The notes: generated by a model from the sequence alone, not told the origin. A stretch of 64,000 nt of DNA from Selaginella moellendorffii (GCF_000143415.4 NW_003314297.1:1155430-1219429), one strand, 5' to 3'; positions 21,018 to 34,950 are shown, counted from the first letter of the stretch. Made by a program: numbers and translations.

Positions 21018-22905
21018 ATGGCTGGGAAGATCGAGGACGACTACGCGAGCAGCTTTCTCGAGCAAGCTCGCCACTGCTTGAGGGATGGGAGCTATGACCG
21101 GGCGCTGTCGCTGCTAGGACGAGTCGAGAGGCTCCGGCCGACCATGGGTGGGATCTCTGAGCTCGCCGCGATTGCGCAAGTGTGCCAGGCAGCGAATTGG
21201 AGGTGTTCGTGTAGAATGCAGGTTCCGAGACCGAGAAATCCAGATTGGTACCGCGTGCTCAAGGTAGAAATCGACGCTCCAGTCCCATTTTTTTGACAAA
21301 TCTTTTGTTGTAGGTGGATGAGGAGGCCGATTCCATCGCGATCAAGAAGAGATATCGTCAGCTTGGTATGTTCCTTCGCTTTTTAGGCAAATAAGCAAAT
21401 TGACTTTAGCGTTTTCTAGCTCTTTTATTGCATCCGGACAAGAACAAAAATGTAAAATCGGAGGAAGCGTTCAAGCTTGTCTCGGAGGTAAGTAGTGAGG
21501 AGAGAAAAACCAAACGGGAACTTACTTTTCTTTCGCAGGCATATGCCTGTCTTTCGGACAGAAGTCTGCGTAGATCATTCGACATTGAACGTTCCAAGTC
21601 TTACTGTTCCAGGTGCTACTCACAGGAGTCCTTAAGACGTAAGACGGAGGATGCTAGCAAGTCACAGACCAATTTCCTGAAAACAGAACAGGAAAGGCTT
21701 CAGATGTTTCGGGAGAAGGCGAGAGCGAGAGTTACGTCGCTAACGCAGGATATACGAACGAGGCGATCCAGGTGGAACGCAGACTTAGAATCGGCAAGGG
21801 AGAAGTACCAGAACAAAAGAGTGGACAGGAAAAGTATGTTTTCGGAGGATCGACAAACGCGGGAGAGCGATGTGTTTCAACCGGGTTTGCAAACTGGGAG
21901 GAAGTTTCACGTTACTCCAGAGTCGGACTTGATGAGCATCTTGAGGGGCCGGAGGCCGTTCGAGCGAGAGAGGTCGCAGGTTTCTGAAAGTTTGGATGGA
22001 CTTCTAAGCAGGCTCAGGAAAGACTCGAGAGAAGAATTTAGTTTTAGCAGCTACAGGGCCAAGAAGCCTCTAGCAGAGGAGGTGGACACTCCTGAAAGTT
22101 CTAGGCCACGGGAAGGAGCGGCCGCTCCATTCACAGATGGCCAATTCGGTTACTTCAGGGACAACCACGGCCAGTGTTCTGACATTACCAACAGATTCTT
22201 TTCCAAGCGTGTTTCATCACTTGCTGAAACACTTCCCGCAAGAAAGCTCTTCAAGGAAGAGGACGAGATCGTAGAAGAAAGTCTGGAAACAGCAGCAGCA
22301 GCGTCGGATTTGAGGCGCCACACCAAGGCAGCAGAAGCAACAACGGAGACCTCGTCCCACACCGAAATTCGAAGCTCCATGGCAGCATCCTCCGAGGCAA
22401 CTCCACCGCCAGCGGCAACTCAGGCAGGAATGTGGAGCTCGAGGGGACACCACAACCTGCGAGGCAACTTGGTGAGTTTGACGTGCCTGCTAAGTATGAT
22501 TCTCCTTTACTGCATCAATCGTCAGACGTAAAAGAGTCGAGCATGGAGCAGTCTTCGAAAACTCGATTGTTCTGACCGCTCTCTCAGGTCGGAGACGAGT
22601 CCAGTGCGACGCGAACCGAGTACACCGAGAGTCTCTTTTGCTGCGGCTCCAGGAAGAGTGTCCTCAAGGAACAAAGACAGGTACCTATCGATCTTCTTCT
22701 TTCGTTATCCTTTTGTTTGTTGTTTGGTTTCAAGCTCACAGTCCTAGTTTGTAATGTCTAGAAATCGGAAGAACTGCTGAAGACTCTAGAACGACTCCGT
22801 CAAGAGGCCAAGAGCGTGGCTGCGACACTGGACAAGCTGAAACGAAAGGTCGATTCTCACCCGGGTCCTGGCGAGGAGGCTCTTAGATCACCAATCGTGG
22901 TATGA
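21018..22905 (+). CDS. J-domain (DnaJ-like) protein with long charged C-terminal region
   Basis: PDWYRVLK|VDEEADSIAIKKRYRQL|ALLLHPDKNKNVKSEEAFKLVSE|AYACLSD. HPD motif intact. Final coiled-coil exon ends TGA at 22903-22905. Confidence 0.85.
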
Positions 22906-23054
22906 TCTTGTCTACAAAGTCTTTTGCTTTTTTGAAACAAATAACCATATAGCTAAACTTTTGGTAATCTCATTTCCATTCTTTGTGACATGAATGAGTT
23001 TTTTTGAGTTTACTTCTTTCCTCTTCTGTTTTGTATTTCATACAAATGAAGTTA

Positions 23055-24326
23055 CTAGATTCCCAACAGCGTGTAAGTTCCTGGCAAGAACTTTTGCAGG
23101 AAGCTGGACGTTGGATGAATGGCATCGAAGAAAATGAAAGGCGACGCATTGGAGCACGTCCCAGACGAGAATTTATTGCATCCATCGCCAATCTCCGTGT
23201 AGCCAGATCCACAGCAGCCTCTGTCAACTACCTTCAAACCTTGAAATCACCAAAGATGTTATGTGATACTTTGCCTTTAGAAACAACTTACCGTATTTTT
23301 TAGGGTTTTTCACGGCATCATAGGTAAGGGTGTAAGCATCAAGGGTGAGGTAGAACTTTGAACCGGCCAGTGTGCTTTGGAGATTCTGGATCATTGCCTG
23401 GAGCGCGAGATTGAAAGCGTACACCAGTTGATTCGTGGCCTCGTTACATTTCTTTCTGCAAGGTGGATTTGGAGATGCTCCACACCGGAGAGTGATGGCG
23501 ATTGGAGTGCAGCCGAGAGGCCCAATTGCAAACACGAAGAAGTTTCGAGCGCCAAGCTGGTAGGCAGCCTAGAAAAATGGGTACGGAATTAGACAAAATG
23601 TTCACGCATCCATATACCTGGAGCAGCTTCCTGTACGTGTTTACGAGCAGCTGCCGGTACTGCGCATCGCTAAGGCCAGCGGCTTCCATCTCGTCAGAGA
23701 AATCGTTGGATCCAACGCTAAAGATGAAGAGGGCCCTGGAGATGGTCGAATTGGCCTGGGTGCCTCCCACACAATTTCGGAGGTTCCGGATGTAAGTTTG
23801 GAGCCAGCCCAGCTGAACAGACATGGTGTACGGTGTCTGTGATCAAGGAAGATGCACAAGTTAAAATTACATGAAACAAGCAGGAAAGCCTAAGAAATAT
23901 GTGCTTACAAGAATCAAAGAATTTGAATCAATGATCCCGGCACCTCCAGATGCTAAGTTGGTGCCGCGAGCAAGATTTGTACATGTTGATGCTGGATCAA
24001 GGTAAGCCAGGGGGGGCTGATAACCCTGTCTCGAGGCTAAACAAACGTCTGTACTACCGAGATTATATTGCGGAGAATATACCTATAAAGTCTGGAAGTG
24101 TGTATCCATCAGCATACCGGCCAGTTGGAATTCCATTGTTGATGAGCCTCCCAAATGGCAAGTGATTTGCTCTTGCGATGGTGAAGGGGATTGTGAAATT
24201 GTTATTGTTGCCGTAGTCGACAATGGAATCACCAAGGATTATAATGGCGGGGAACTTTTGTGCGGAGGTTTGGATCACGGCAAACAGCACTAGAAGCACA
24301 ACGAAATAGCTCAAAACTTTCTTCAT
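23055..24326 (-). CDS. GDSL/SGNH esterase-lipase, copy 1
   Basis: Signal peptide, GDSIVDYGNNN, PTGRYADG, NLASGGAG, GSNDF and FFDAIHP. 5 exons in frame. Confidence 0.93.
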
Positions 24327-24645
24327 TCTCTGCTAGTGCTAGATAAGTTGTGATGAGTTTTCTGGTGATTAATAGGATCTGTAATCATTGGTGATTACCA
24401 AACAGAAATTGGTGGGTAAGCCTTGACTTTGGGGTCTCCATATTTGATGCCGCGTGCGGAAATCATGAAAGCAGCTAAAAAGTCTCTTTTATTTTAATGT
24501 GTAAAACTGCTTGTTTCCTTCGTGTCACAAGAGGTATATGGTCACAAATTTAAACATCCTTTTAGCAGAATTTGCTAAGTTTTATTTATTTAATTATTTC
24601 TATATTTATTTAATGAATATACAATATGCTAAAATATTCCACTAC

Positions 24646-25953
24646 TTAGATTCCCAGGAGTGTGTAAGTTCCTGGTGAGAGCTTCTGTGTGAAGCTGGAC
24701 GTTGGATGAATGGCATCGAAGAAAATGAAAGGCGACGCATTGGAGCATGTCCCGAACGAGAATCTATTGCATCCATCGCCAATCTCCGTGTAGCCAAATC
24801 CACAGCAACCTCTATCAACTACCCCCAAACCTTGAAACCACCAAAGATGTTGATAATGTCGTGTGATACTTTGCCTTTAGAAACAACTTACCGTATTTTG
24901 CAGGGTTCTTCACGGCATCATAGGTAACGTTATAAGCATCAACGGTGAAGTAGAACTTTGAACCGGCCAGTGTGCTTTGGAGATTCTGAATCATTGCCTG
25001 GAGCGCGAGATTGAAAGCGTACACCACTTGATTCGTGGCCTCGTTACAGTTCCTTCTGCAAAATGGATTTGGAAATGCTCCACACTGGAGAGTGATGGAG
25101 ATTGGAGTGCAGCCGAGTGGCCCAAGTGCAAACACGAAGAAGTTTCGAGCACCAAGCTGGTAGGCAGCCTAGAAAAATGGGTACGAAATTAGACAAAATG
25201 TTCACGCGTCCGTACGCATAGACATATACCTGGAGCAAGTTCCTGTACGTGTTTACGAGCAGCTGCCGGTACTGCGCATCGCTAAGGCCAGCGACAGCCG
25301 GGTTGAGATTCTTGTAAGAGAAATCATTGGATCCAACGCTAAAGATGAAGAGGGCCCTGGAGATGGTCGAATTGGCCTGGGTGCCTCCCACACAATTTCG
25401 GAGGTTCCGGATGTAAGTTTGGAGCCAGCCCAGCTGAACAGACATGGTGTACGGTGTCTGTGATCAAGGAAGATACACAAGTTAAAATTATATGAAACAA
25501 GCAGGAAAGCCTAAGAAATATGTGCTTACAAGAATCAAAGAATTTGAATCAATGATCCCGGCACCTCCAGATGCTAAGTTGGCACCGCGAACAAGATTTG
25601 TACATGTTGAAGCTGGATCAAGGTAAGCCAGGGGAGGCTGATAACCCTGTCTCAAGGCTAAGTAAACGTTTGTTATTGATACTACCGAGATTATATTGTG
25701 GAGATATACCTATAAAGTCTGGAAGTGTGTATCCATCAGCATACCGGCCGGTTGGAACTCCATTGTTGATGAGCCTCCCATATGGCGAGTGGTTTGCTCT
25801 TGCGATGGTGAAGGGGATTGTGAAATTGTTATTGTTGCCGTAGTCGACGATGGAATCACCAAGGATTATAATGGCGGGGAACTTTTGCGCGGAGGTTTGG
25901 ATCACGGCAAACAGCACTAGAAGCGCAACGAAATAGCTCAAAACTTTCTTCAT
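24646..25953 (-). CDS. GDSL/SGNH esterase-lipase, copy 2
   Basis: Same motifs as copy 1. Introns and promoter are nearly identical to copy 1. Confidence 0.93.
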
Positions 25954-26363
25954 TCTCTGCTAGTGCTAGATTGAGGATTCAGCTGCAGCTAGTTGTGATG
26001 AGTTTTGTGGTGTTTAATAGGGCCTATAATCACTTGGTGATTACCAAACAGAAATTGGTGGAAGATAAGCGTTGATTTTGGGGTCTCCATATTTGAAGGA
26101 AAGGGGGTGCCGCGTGCGGAAAGAGTGGCTTTGGTCGCTAAATGTATAGCTGCTTGTTTCCTTCGTATAGCAAGAGGTATATGGTACAACTTATATCGAA
26201 GAAGTCAAAGTTACCAAACATTATTTCAGAAACGAACTTTCTACCGAAGAGAATTTTATGAAGTTGTATTTAATTAACTATATTTAATTATTTCTTCAAT
26301 GTATGCTAGAATATTCTAGTATACTTATTTTTAAAGTACAAGACAAAACTACATGTCCACTAG

Positions 26364-27651
26364 TCAGATTCCTAGGAGTGTGTATGTTCCTGGTGCCAGC
26401 TTCTGTGTGAAGCTGGACGTCGGATGAATGGCGTCAAAGAAAATATAAGGTGACGCATTCGAGCACGTCCCAAAAGAGTACACGTTGCATCCATCGCCAA
26501 TCTCTGTGTAGCCTAAGCCGCAGCAACCTCTGTCAACCACGCTCAAACCTACACACAACAAGCAAGATTTAGTAATCAACCAGAAACATCAGACAAATGC
26601 CCACCATATTTTCCTGGGTTTTTCACAGCATCATAGGTAACGTTATAAGCAGCAAGACTGTAGTAGAAGGTGGAGCCGGCCAGAGTGCTCTGGAGATTCT
26701 GGAGCATTGCCTGGAGCGCTAGATCGAAAGCGTAAACCAGCTGATTTGTGGTCTCGTTGCAATTGTTTCTGCAAGCTGAAGGATATGGTCCGCACTGGAG
26801 AGTGAGGGTGATTGGAGTGCAGCCGAGTGGACCAAGAGAGAACACAAAGAAGTTTCGAGCACCAAGGTTGTAGGCAGTCTGATAAGTTCATGCGGAATTA
26901 GACAATGCTCCCGGAGTTCACAGGGGACTGTAGACTCATGTACCTGGAGTTCGCTCCTGTACGTGTCTATGAGCAGCTGCCGGTACTGGGCGTCGCTTAG
27001 GCCAGAGACTGCCGGGTTGAAGCTTTTGTAGGAGAAATCGTTGGATCCGACGCTAAAGATGTAGAGTGCGTTGGAGATGATGGAGTTGGCCTGGGTGTTT
27101 CCCACACAGTTTTTGAGGGTTTGGATGTATGTTTGTAGCCAACCAAGCTGAACAGTCATGGTGTACGGTGTCTAGAAGAAATAAAGCCATTAGACGAAGA
27201 TAAACTGAAATTCATTGTCAATTGTCTCACGAGAATCAAAGAGTTTGTGTCGATTATTGCGGCACCTCCGGACGCCAAGTTTGAGCCTCGAAGAAGATTT
27301 GTACATGTCGAAGCTGGATCGAGATATGCCAAGGGAGGCTGATAACCTTGTCTCAAAGCTGGGGAACAAACAAATCCATAGGATTATAACATAGAACAAG
27401 ATCTAAAACTTGAGAACTCTACCTATGAAGTCTGGGAGTGTGTAGCCATCCGCATATCGGCCCGTGGGAACCCCATTGTTGATGAGCCTTCCATACGGTG
27501 AATGGTTTGCCCTTGCAATCGTGAAAGGAATCGCGAAGTTGTTGTTATTGCCATAATCCACGACTGAATCGCCAAAGATAATCAGTGCCGGGAACTTTTG
27601 TGCAATGATCTGGGTGGCCAGGAGCAAAACCATAAACAGATACTTCTTCAT
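26364..27651 (-). CDS. GDSL/SGNH esterase-lipase, copy 3
   Basis: FGDSVVDYGNNN, GSNDF and FFDAIHP. Introns have diverged from copies 1 and 2. Confidence 0.93.
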
Positions 27652-27940
27652 CGTTTAAAAACTAACTCTTCAATATCAAGACTTGATTGATATATTTCTC
27701 GCCCAAATCGATCTCTGCCTTCGCGTTTTATGCTCAATTCGAGACGTCCACGCAATTCCCAAAACCATATCAAATTTCTTGGCGATTTACCAAACAGCAC
27801 CACACCACACGTGGAAGAAAGATAGCTTGGACTTTTGGTGTAGAAACTTTTCGAAGATTGTTGCGCGGGCTCTTATCAGCCGTCGGATGGAGTAATTCAA
27901 ACAGGGGCGTTGGATGGTGCTAGGTTTAGGGTTTATCGCG

Positions 27941-28919
27941 ATGGTGCTCGAAGGGATTGTCGAGCAGGGCGCCGGTGGGGTACTGATCAAGGACAGTGTC
28001 GCTGCGTCTGGTGGATTTGTACTCCACTGGCTCCTGAAAGCTCTTGTTGCCCGAGCGGCTGCTTCTAGCGATGGATCCAGAGTGGTTTTTGTGGCGCTCG
28101 GTGCTCCATTTCCTCACTACGCGAGGATTGCAAGGAAACAAGTAGGTTTTCTTGGGAAATGTAGAGATTTCTTTGCGAATGGTTCGTTACAGGGATGTAA
28201 TCTCGTTTCATGTATGGAGAAGGGCCAGTTAGCGTTTATCGATCTATTCTCTGATCCTGGCACTTGGAAGTACTCTTGCACAGCTCGTAAGTTATAGTTT
28301 TTTTTGTCAGTCCATTTTATCTCTTTTGATTCCTTCAGCGCAAGATGGCGAGAATCCTCTTTTCTTGCTGTTCAAACGGATCAAGGAAGCTGTCAAACAT
28401 ACATCGGGCATGATATACATTTTCATCGATGATGTAGCTCTGCTGGAAGTGATCGTCCAAGGTTCCAGAAATCGCGTTCTAGATTTTCTACATTACTGTC
28501 GAGCACTAGCGTGTGGAAAGCAAAAGGTTCTTTTTCCGTGCAATTGTAGGCATTACCTTTCTTCTTTTCTCTCTCGTTCTTTCAGGGATGTTCCGTCGTG
28601 ATGTTGCTACACGAGGACATCTATGCCGAGGATGAATCGTTGGCATTCGTGCTGGAGCTGGAGCATAGTTCCAACGTCACAGTTCGCGTGGAGCCTTTAA
28701 GCACCGGGCATTCATCCGACGTTCATGGCCAGGTCTCTCTCGCTTTCTTTTCTTTTCATTTCGTGTAGGGAAGTTTCATGATCCAGTGCGTGTGCTTTGC
28801 AGATTACCGTGGAGTATCGAGATGTTTTCTCGACCGAGCAAGCGAACGTCCGGAGACACTTCAGAGTGGCCGAAAGCACTGTCGACTTTTTCTCCCCGGG
28901 AGACCATCTGAAGATTTGA
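27941..28919 (+). CDS. ELP6: Elongator complex subunit 6
   Basis: VLIKDSVAASGGFVLHWLLK, VVFVALGAPFPHYARIARKQGCNL, IFIDDVALLE, VLDFLHYC, VEPLSTGHSSDVHGQ and HFRVAESTVDFFSPG. The start could be 27914. Confidence 0.85.
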
Positions 28920-31071
28920 AACTCTTTACCTGCGTAGAGTTAAGTTTCGTTTCTTATTCCCATGTAAACTTGTTTTGCCTCTCGAAGCGTTCGTTCCTTC
29001 CCCCGGCGACTGGGCTAGCGCTTTGGTCCTTGACCACATTCACTTGTTCCTTCCAGGTTAACTTGAAAAGCGAGAAACATTCTACCAGCGATAAGGGAGC
29101 CGTTGGATGGTACGATTCCTAGACTTGAATATCTGCTGCATAGTGTCTGTTTATGCCATGCATTGTGATTACAGTCCAAGCGCTCCAGGCATCTTAGCCA
29201 CCTTTGAGTTTGTCGTTAGCCATAAATTTTCCCCAAGATCCCAACGTTTGTTTTATACTCCCAGAAAGATTGCCTGTCCTGACACACGAGCTCATGCTTG
29301 CAGGAGGCGACAATGGATCAAACAAGCAACGAGTTTATTCTTTTTCCCTTCCAGTTGGAGCGTAGAGTTTCTCCGACGTCAACATCTTTGCTGAACCGGG
29401 CTTGCATCTGTACCAGGTAAATTTTCTAGCTTTTCCTCGCAGGTCCTTCTAAAACTCGCATTGTCGTGCTTTACAGGTAAGCTGTTTGTTTGTGTACCCG
29501 ATACTTAAAGCGAGTGAACAGATGAAAGCTTCGGGATGGACCGGATTCGTCATGAGTACGTCAGTTGGATGCTCGAGAGTGGACTGGCTTTGCTGGTGAG
29601 TGGTGCATCACAACACACACCAAAAAAAAAGAAGTAAAGCTGCTATCGCGAGGCAGTACTTTGATGCAGATTCCCGTTCGTGGTGGTGGTCTACCTATGT
29701 AAACAAAGCCACTTTCGTCGGGCTGCGAGGTAAGAAGTCGCAATTTGTACATAGTTTTATGCCTTCCTGTCCTTCTTTTGGGCCTGACGCGCTGAGCTTT
29801 GCTTGAGCCGTTCTCAAACGTTTTCGTTTTCTCTTTATCCCGCAGTTTGGAGGCAATGGAGGAGGCTACAGTGATGTTTGCCGGTTGTCTTCTGAATGTC
29901 CGAAGAAATTCTACTCTGCAAATCACACCGGAGAAGGTCATACGATATGGAGATGGCTCGGTAAGTGTGATCTCCTTTCATTCTACCTATTTTATCTCCT
30001 TTACTTGGACTCTAATATAATCAACCGTACGTTGTTCTTACAGGAGTGGAACAGCGATGTGGGGTATGATAATGAAAAGCTGTGATGCGATGCGAGACGT
30101 TCAGTTCTCGAGTCTCCATCGAACGACTGTGGGTAACATGTTATGATTGCAATTAGCAAGCATCGCCATTGTGAAAGTTATGGAGCTTATGATGTTTTCT
30201 CTCCAGATCTAAATGCCGAACTACTTGAGCTTGCCAACAAAAGATGGAAAGGAAGAAAAACCAGAAGGAAGGAAAGGTAGTTTCTTCTGGTTTCATAGCC
30301 AGCAGAGTTTGGCCGATTTACAGGGCGTCCGTATTGACAATTTTGTCTATGTTCGTCACCGACGCTCACAGACAGCTTGCCAAACTTTGTACCAAATATT
30401 CCAAAGGTCAAGATTGGCCACCGGCGAGCTGATTAAGCGAAAGAAAGAAAAAAAAAAATCACGCCGCTACGGAACAAAGGATCCTTTCAAATCGAAAAGG
30501 CCTTGTACGGTATGACAAGCCACAAGAACAAGAGATGTTAACGCGCGGTAAAATAATTCCACTTACCGACGTGCGTGCCGGGTTTTTGCCTGGATCCTTC
30601 TTCTCACACGGAAGAGAAGATTTTTGTTACCCCTGGGGAAAGGGGGAAAATCTCTCCATTTGCCCATTTTTCGGTCGAGGGAGCGGAGCTTTTTTGCTCC
30701 TCGATTTCTTGCTCAGTGTCATTGTCAAAGCCTCGCCCGTGCAGCAGCATTGTTTGTTTGTTGGCATATCGATTCCAAGCCAGTGTTGCTCGGCACCTCT
30801 CCTCGTCGCTTTATAGACAGGGAGAGGAGGACAAGAAGAGAGTGAGCGATTCCTCCAAGTGGGTCGCGGGCGACGCGCAATCCGGGCGCGACCCACATCG
30901 CAGCGCCGCCGGATCGATGAACCCTCGAGCGCGATTGGGCGGCGCAGGTAGGAAATGGATCCGATCGAGCAGCAGGGGATGCGGGATTGATAGAACAGGG
31001 GAAAAATGGAGATGGGCTGAGAAGAGGAATCATGGCTCCTCCACAGCGGAGTCGCGATCCCTGGGCTCGCG

Positions 31072-34000
31072 ATGGGGGCGGCGATGACGCCGAGATCTCG
31101 TAGCCTGGATCGCCGCCATCGAGCGCGGCGGGCGCCTACAATGCTCGTCGCGGCAGTGATTGAGCTCCTCGTCCTCTGGGCGGTTCTTGGGCGAGCGGCA
31201 TTGCCAGGATCCCAGACCCAGAGCCTGCTGCGCCTCCAGAAGCTCCTGGGGGATCCATCGGCGCTGGGCGGGTGGAGCGCCAACACGTCGTTTTGCTCGC
31301 TGCCGCCATCGCCGATGCTCAACGTCTCGTGCGCCTACGCGGATCAGTCGGGAACCCAGACCGTGATCTTGCTCCAGATTGTGGGTGACAAGCTTCCAAT
31401 CACGGTGGAGCAAAAGGAGTCGGCCAACTACACGGAATCACAGGTGGGCCGATTCAAAACCCCGATCTTCTTCTTCTTCTCCTTCTCCTTCTCGTCCTTG
31501 TGTTCTTGGATGGATTTCTTGCTTAGTTTTCCTTGCTAGTAGTGATTTGGCTTGCCTTGGTTTGTGTTCTTTGCCTATGATGGTGGTGATGATGGTTTGA
31601 TGATGTGATCTCTTTCATCTTTTTCTTCATGAATGGCGGATGATGACCTGCCTCTTGATGGTGATATTTCTTTTCTTTTCCTCCGTTCAAAGGTAAGATT
31701 TTCACTTGATGAGTGATCTTCTCCGTGGAATTCTTTTGAGAACCACGTTTTAGTCGATTGATATTTCTTTCTTTCGGATTCATGATCGTTCTTTTACGTA
31801 TGCGGTTCGATTTTATCCATTGTTTTTTCCACGAGCTTGCGTGCAACTCTGCGAAGAGATCTTTGAAAGAGTCCACTCTCAAAATGTGTTTTTTCTTGCA
31901 TGTGTCCACTCGATCGACTGTGGTTTGTTTCTCATACTCGAATGACGATGATGTTTTCCTGATCATTGATTTGCTACGTAAGAACTCTTATGGGAACTTC
32001 CTTCTGGCTTGTTTTTCACAGAACTCTCACTTTGTCTCTTCTCGATCTAGATGTTCTTCCTGATCATTGATTTGCTTTGCTTCTCACGTAAACTTTTACT
32101 CACTTGTTTGTCACAAAACTCTGTCGTTCTTCTCGATCAAAAACGAAACTTTGGTCACCACTAAACAAGTTTCCCATGCATTTCCACAGGTCCGCCTCCC
32201 GGACGACTTCTCGATCATCACTCTGGCCAACACGCTCGTCAAGTTCCCCGACCTCCGCACGCTCACGCTCGTCTCCCTCGGCATCTGGGGCCTCGTCCCC
32301 GCCAGCCTCGACCACCTCCGCTCGCTCGAGCTCCTCAACCTCAGCTCCAACTTCCTCTCCGGCTCCATCCCCGACCGCTTCGCCTCCCTCGGCAGCCTCC
32401 AGTCGCTCGCCCTCGACAACAACATCCTCCGCGGGACCTTCCCCACCGCGCTCAACGTCCTCCCCAACCTCGACACCCTCCAGCTCTCGCACAACCAGAT
32501 CGCCGGCACCATCCCCTCGCAAATCTCCCTCTTCGCCAGCCTCAAGACGCTCGACATGGACCACAACTTGCTCTTCGGCGCGCTCCCGGACTCCATCTCC
32601 AACATGAGGGTGGCGGAGACCATCTCCATCTCGGACAACTTCCTGGCCGGCGTCGTACCAAACTTGAGCCGGGTGGCGAGCCTGCGCACTCTCAACTTGG
32701 CCGGGAACCAGCTCGGCCCCTCCTTCCCGGGCCTCGGCCAGGGCCTCGTCTCCGCCAACCTCGAGAGGAACCGCTTCTCCGACTCCATCCCGGACAGCCT
32801 GCGCGGCCTCTCCCAGCTCAAGCTCCTCAACCTCTCGCTCAACTCCATCCCCGGGGCGCTGCCGGGATGGATCTTCTCGCTGCAAAGTTTGGAGACGCTG
32901 GTGCTGGATCACAACCGGCTGTCCGGGACTCTTCCCAGTGCTGTGACGCTGGCGAGCGGGCTGCGATACGTGGACATCTCCACGAATCTTTTGATGGGGG
33001 AGGTCCCCGCGGAGCTGCGGTCCGGGAGGATCACGTTGCATGTCGAGGAAAACTGCTTCTCCGGGCAGGAGATCCAGCTCCAGCAGCAGCAGCCGCAAGA
33101 GTATTGTCTCAAGGCGCAGAGGATGATACCGGTTGGAAGTGGTGGTGGGAGTGGAGGTGGCGGAAGCTCTGGCGATGGTGGAAGTGGGGGACCGGGCTCT
33201 TCTTCTGGTGGATCCAAGCGGCGGTGGAAAGGTGGCGTTGTAGCTGGGATCGCCGGCGGAGTCATGGCCGTGGGTGCTGCCATGGCTTTACTGCTGGTGA
33301 TACTGCTGCGCTTCTCCAAGAGAGGGAAGCTCAAGCTCAAGCATGCGGCTGCTACTTGTGCGAACAACTCGTGTGCTGATACGGCCTCGGTGGGAGTTCC
33401 CGTGGAGCTCCTCCATAGCACGAGTAAGTTCTTTTAGCTTGTGCTTTCCATTCATTGTTCTTGAGCGTTTTTGGCAGGATACTTGGCTCAATCCGGGACT
33501 GTCGGAGCAACCGGACCAAACCAATGTCGGGTTTTCTCGCTGCTGGAGCTGGAAGAGGCCACGAGTCGATTCAGCCAAGGTTTACTCATTGGAGAGGGCG
33601 AGTATGGAAAGGTAGGAACAAAGTTCTCGATCATAGTTTTCCAGGACTAAAAAGCCGGACTTTTCCTCGCAGGTGTTCAGAGGAAAGCTTGACGATGGAA
33701 CGCTGGTCGCGATCAAATGCCTGGTTATCGATTCGAGGCAGGAGATGAAGCAGCTCAAGGCACATTTGGAGTTCCTGTCGAGGATCCGACACAGGCACTT
33801 GGTCAGTCTCTTTGGCTACTGCCTCGAGCGAGAGAAGGATGGACCCCAGCACCGGCGGCTCTACCTCGTCTCCGAGTTCATCGATAATGGCACTCTTCGC
33901 AGCCATCTCTTCAGTAAGTCCTGCCATTTTTACCTTCCTCTTCCAAAAGTTCCATCGTTTCTCTAGCAAAGTTTCCTCTTCGAATGGTTCCAGCAAGGTT

Positions 34001-34950
34001 TCCTCTTCCAAAGTTCCATCCTTCCTATAGCAAAGTTTTCTCTTCCAACTTCCATCATTTCTCTAGCAAAGTTTCCTTTCCTAGTTCCATCTTTTCTCTA
34101 GCAAACTTTCCAGTACTCACTCTTGGTGGATCGTCCAGAGCGAAAATTGAAGGAGTCTTTAACGTGGCAAAACCGGCTGGTCGCGGCTCTCGGCGCCGGC
34201 CGGGGTATACACTACCTTCACACGGGCGTCGTGCCGGGGATTTTCAACAACGACGTGAGGATCACGAACATTTTGCTGGATCACAATTTTGTAGGAAAAG
34301 TGAGCGATTTTGGATTAGCCAGGCATCCCGAGAGCGAGTCGTACCAGTCGTATGGATCCGACGTAAGTAATTCTTCCAAAGTTCTTGTGATTATACCAAC
34401 TTTGTGGATTGATCGCAGCATGTTTTCACACACAACGCTGTCACATACATCGATTTGGATCACAGTAACAGGTATGGAGGAAAGTTTCCATTCGTTTCTT
34501 CTCTCTCACTCTTTCTTTTCTTTTTTTCTTTCCAGGAAGCTGGCCACGGACAAGAGAGATGTGTATAACTTTGGACTTACATTACTCGAGATTGTTCTCG
34601 GGAGACCACCAACCGTAGACAATCCCATGGCCATGAAACCCAAAGTCCAAGAGCTCGTAAGTTCCTCCTCCTCGTTTTCTATCTGGAGGACTTAGATCTT
34701 GCTTCTTTTCCAGGAGATGATGCTGACGGACAGTGTGTTTCGGACGGAGATGGTGGACTCGGCGATCTCGGGAACTTGTTCCGAGGATTCTCTGTCGACG
34801 GTGCTGGAGATTGCTGCAAAGTGCCTGTCGAGTGACCTCACCGCCAGGCCCTCGATGGAAGACGTCCTGTGGAACCTCCAATATGCAGTCCAAGTCCAAG
34901 ACCAAAGATTTAGTGGAGAGTACCTCGAAGACTCCAGTGGAAGAGAATAA
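31072..34950 (+). CDS. LRR receptor-like pseudokinase (LRR-VI type)
   Basis: Signal peptide, LRRs, Gly-rich stalk, TM, GEGEYGK and VAIK. The catalytic loop reads IFNNDVRITNILLD (HRD absent), followed by SDFGL and RPSMEDVLWNLQYA. Confidence 0.92.
33936..34114 (+). repeat. Degenerate ~35-40 bp minisatellite in an RLK intron
   Basis: About 5 copies of (ctc)tagcaaagtttcctcttcca(a)agttccatc. Confidence 0.75.

Noticed and set aside
528-27651. Metabolic gene cluster (dirigent, GMC oxidoreductase, GDSL; CYP further away)
   Set aside because: The genes are interspersed with housekeeping genes, there is no scaffold-forming enzyme, and the CYP is a distant pseudogene.
33936-34114. CRISPR-like array
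   Set aside because: It is a eukaryotic intronic minisatellite with degenerate units, no unique spacers and no cas genes.
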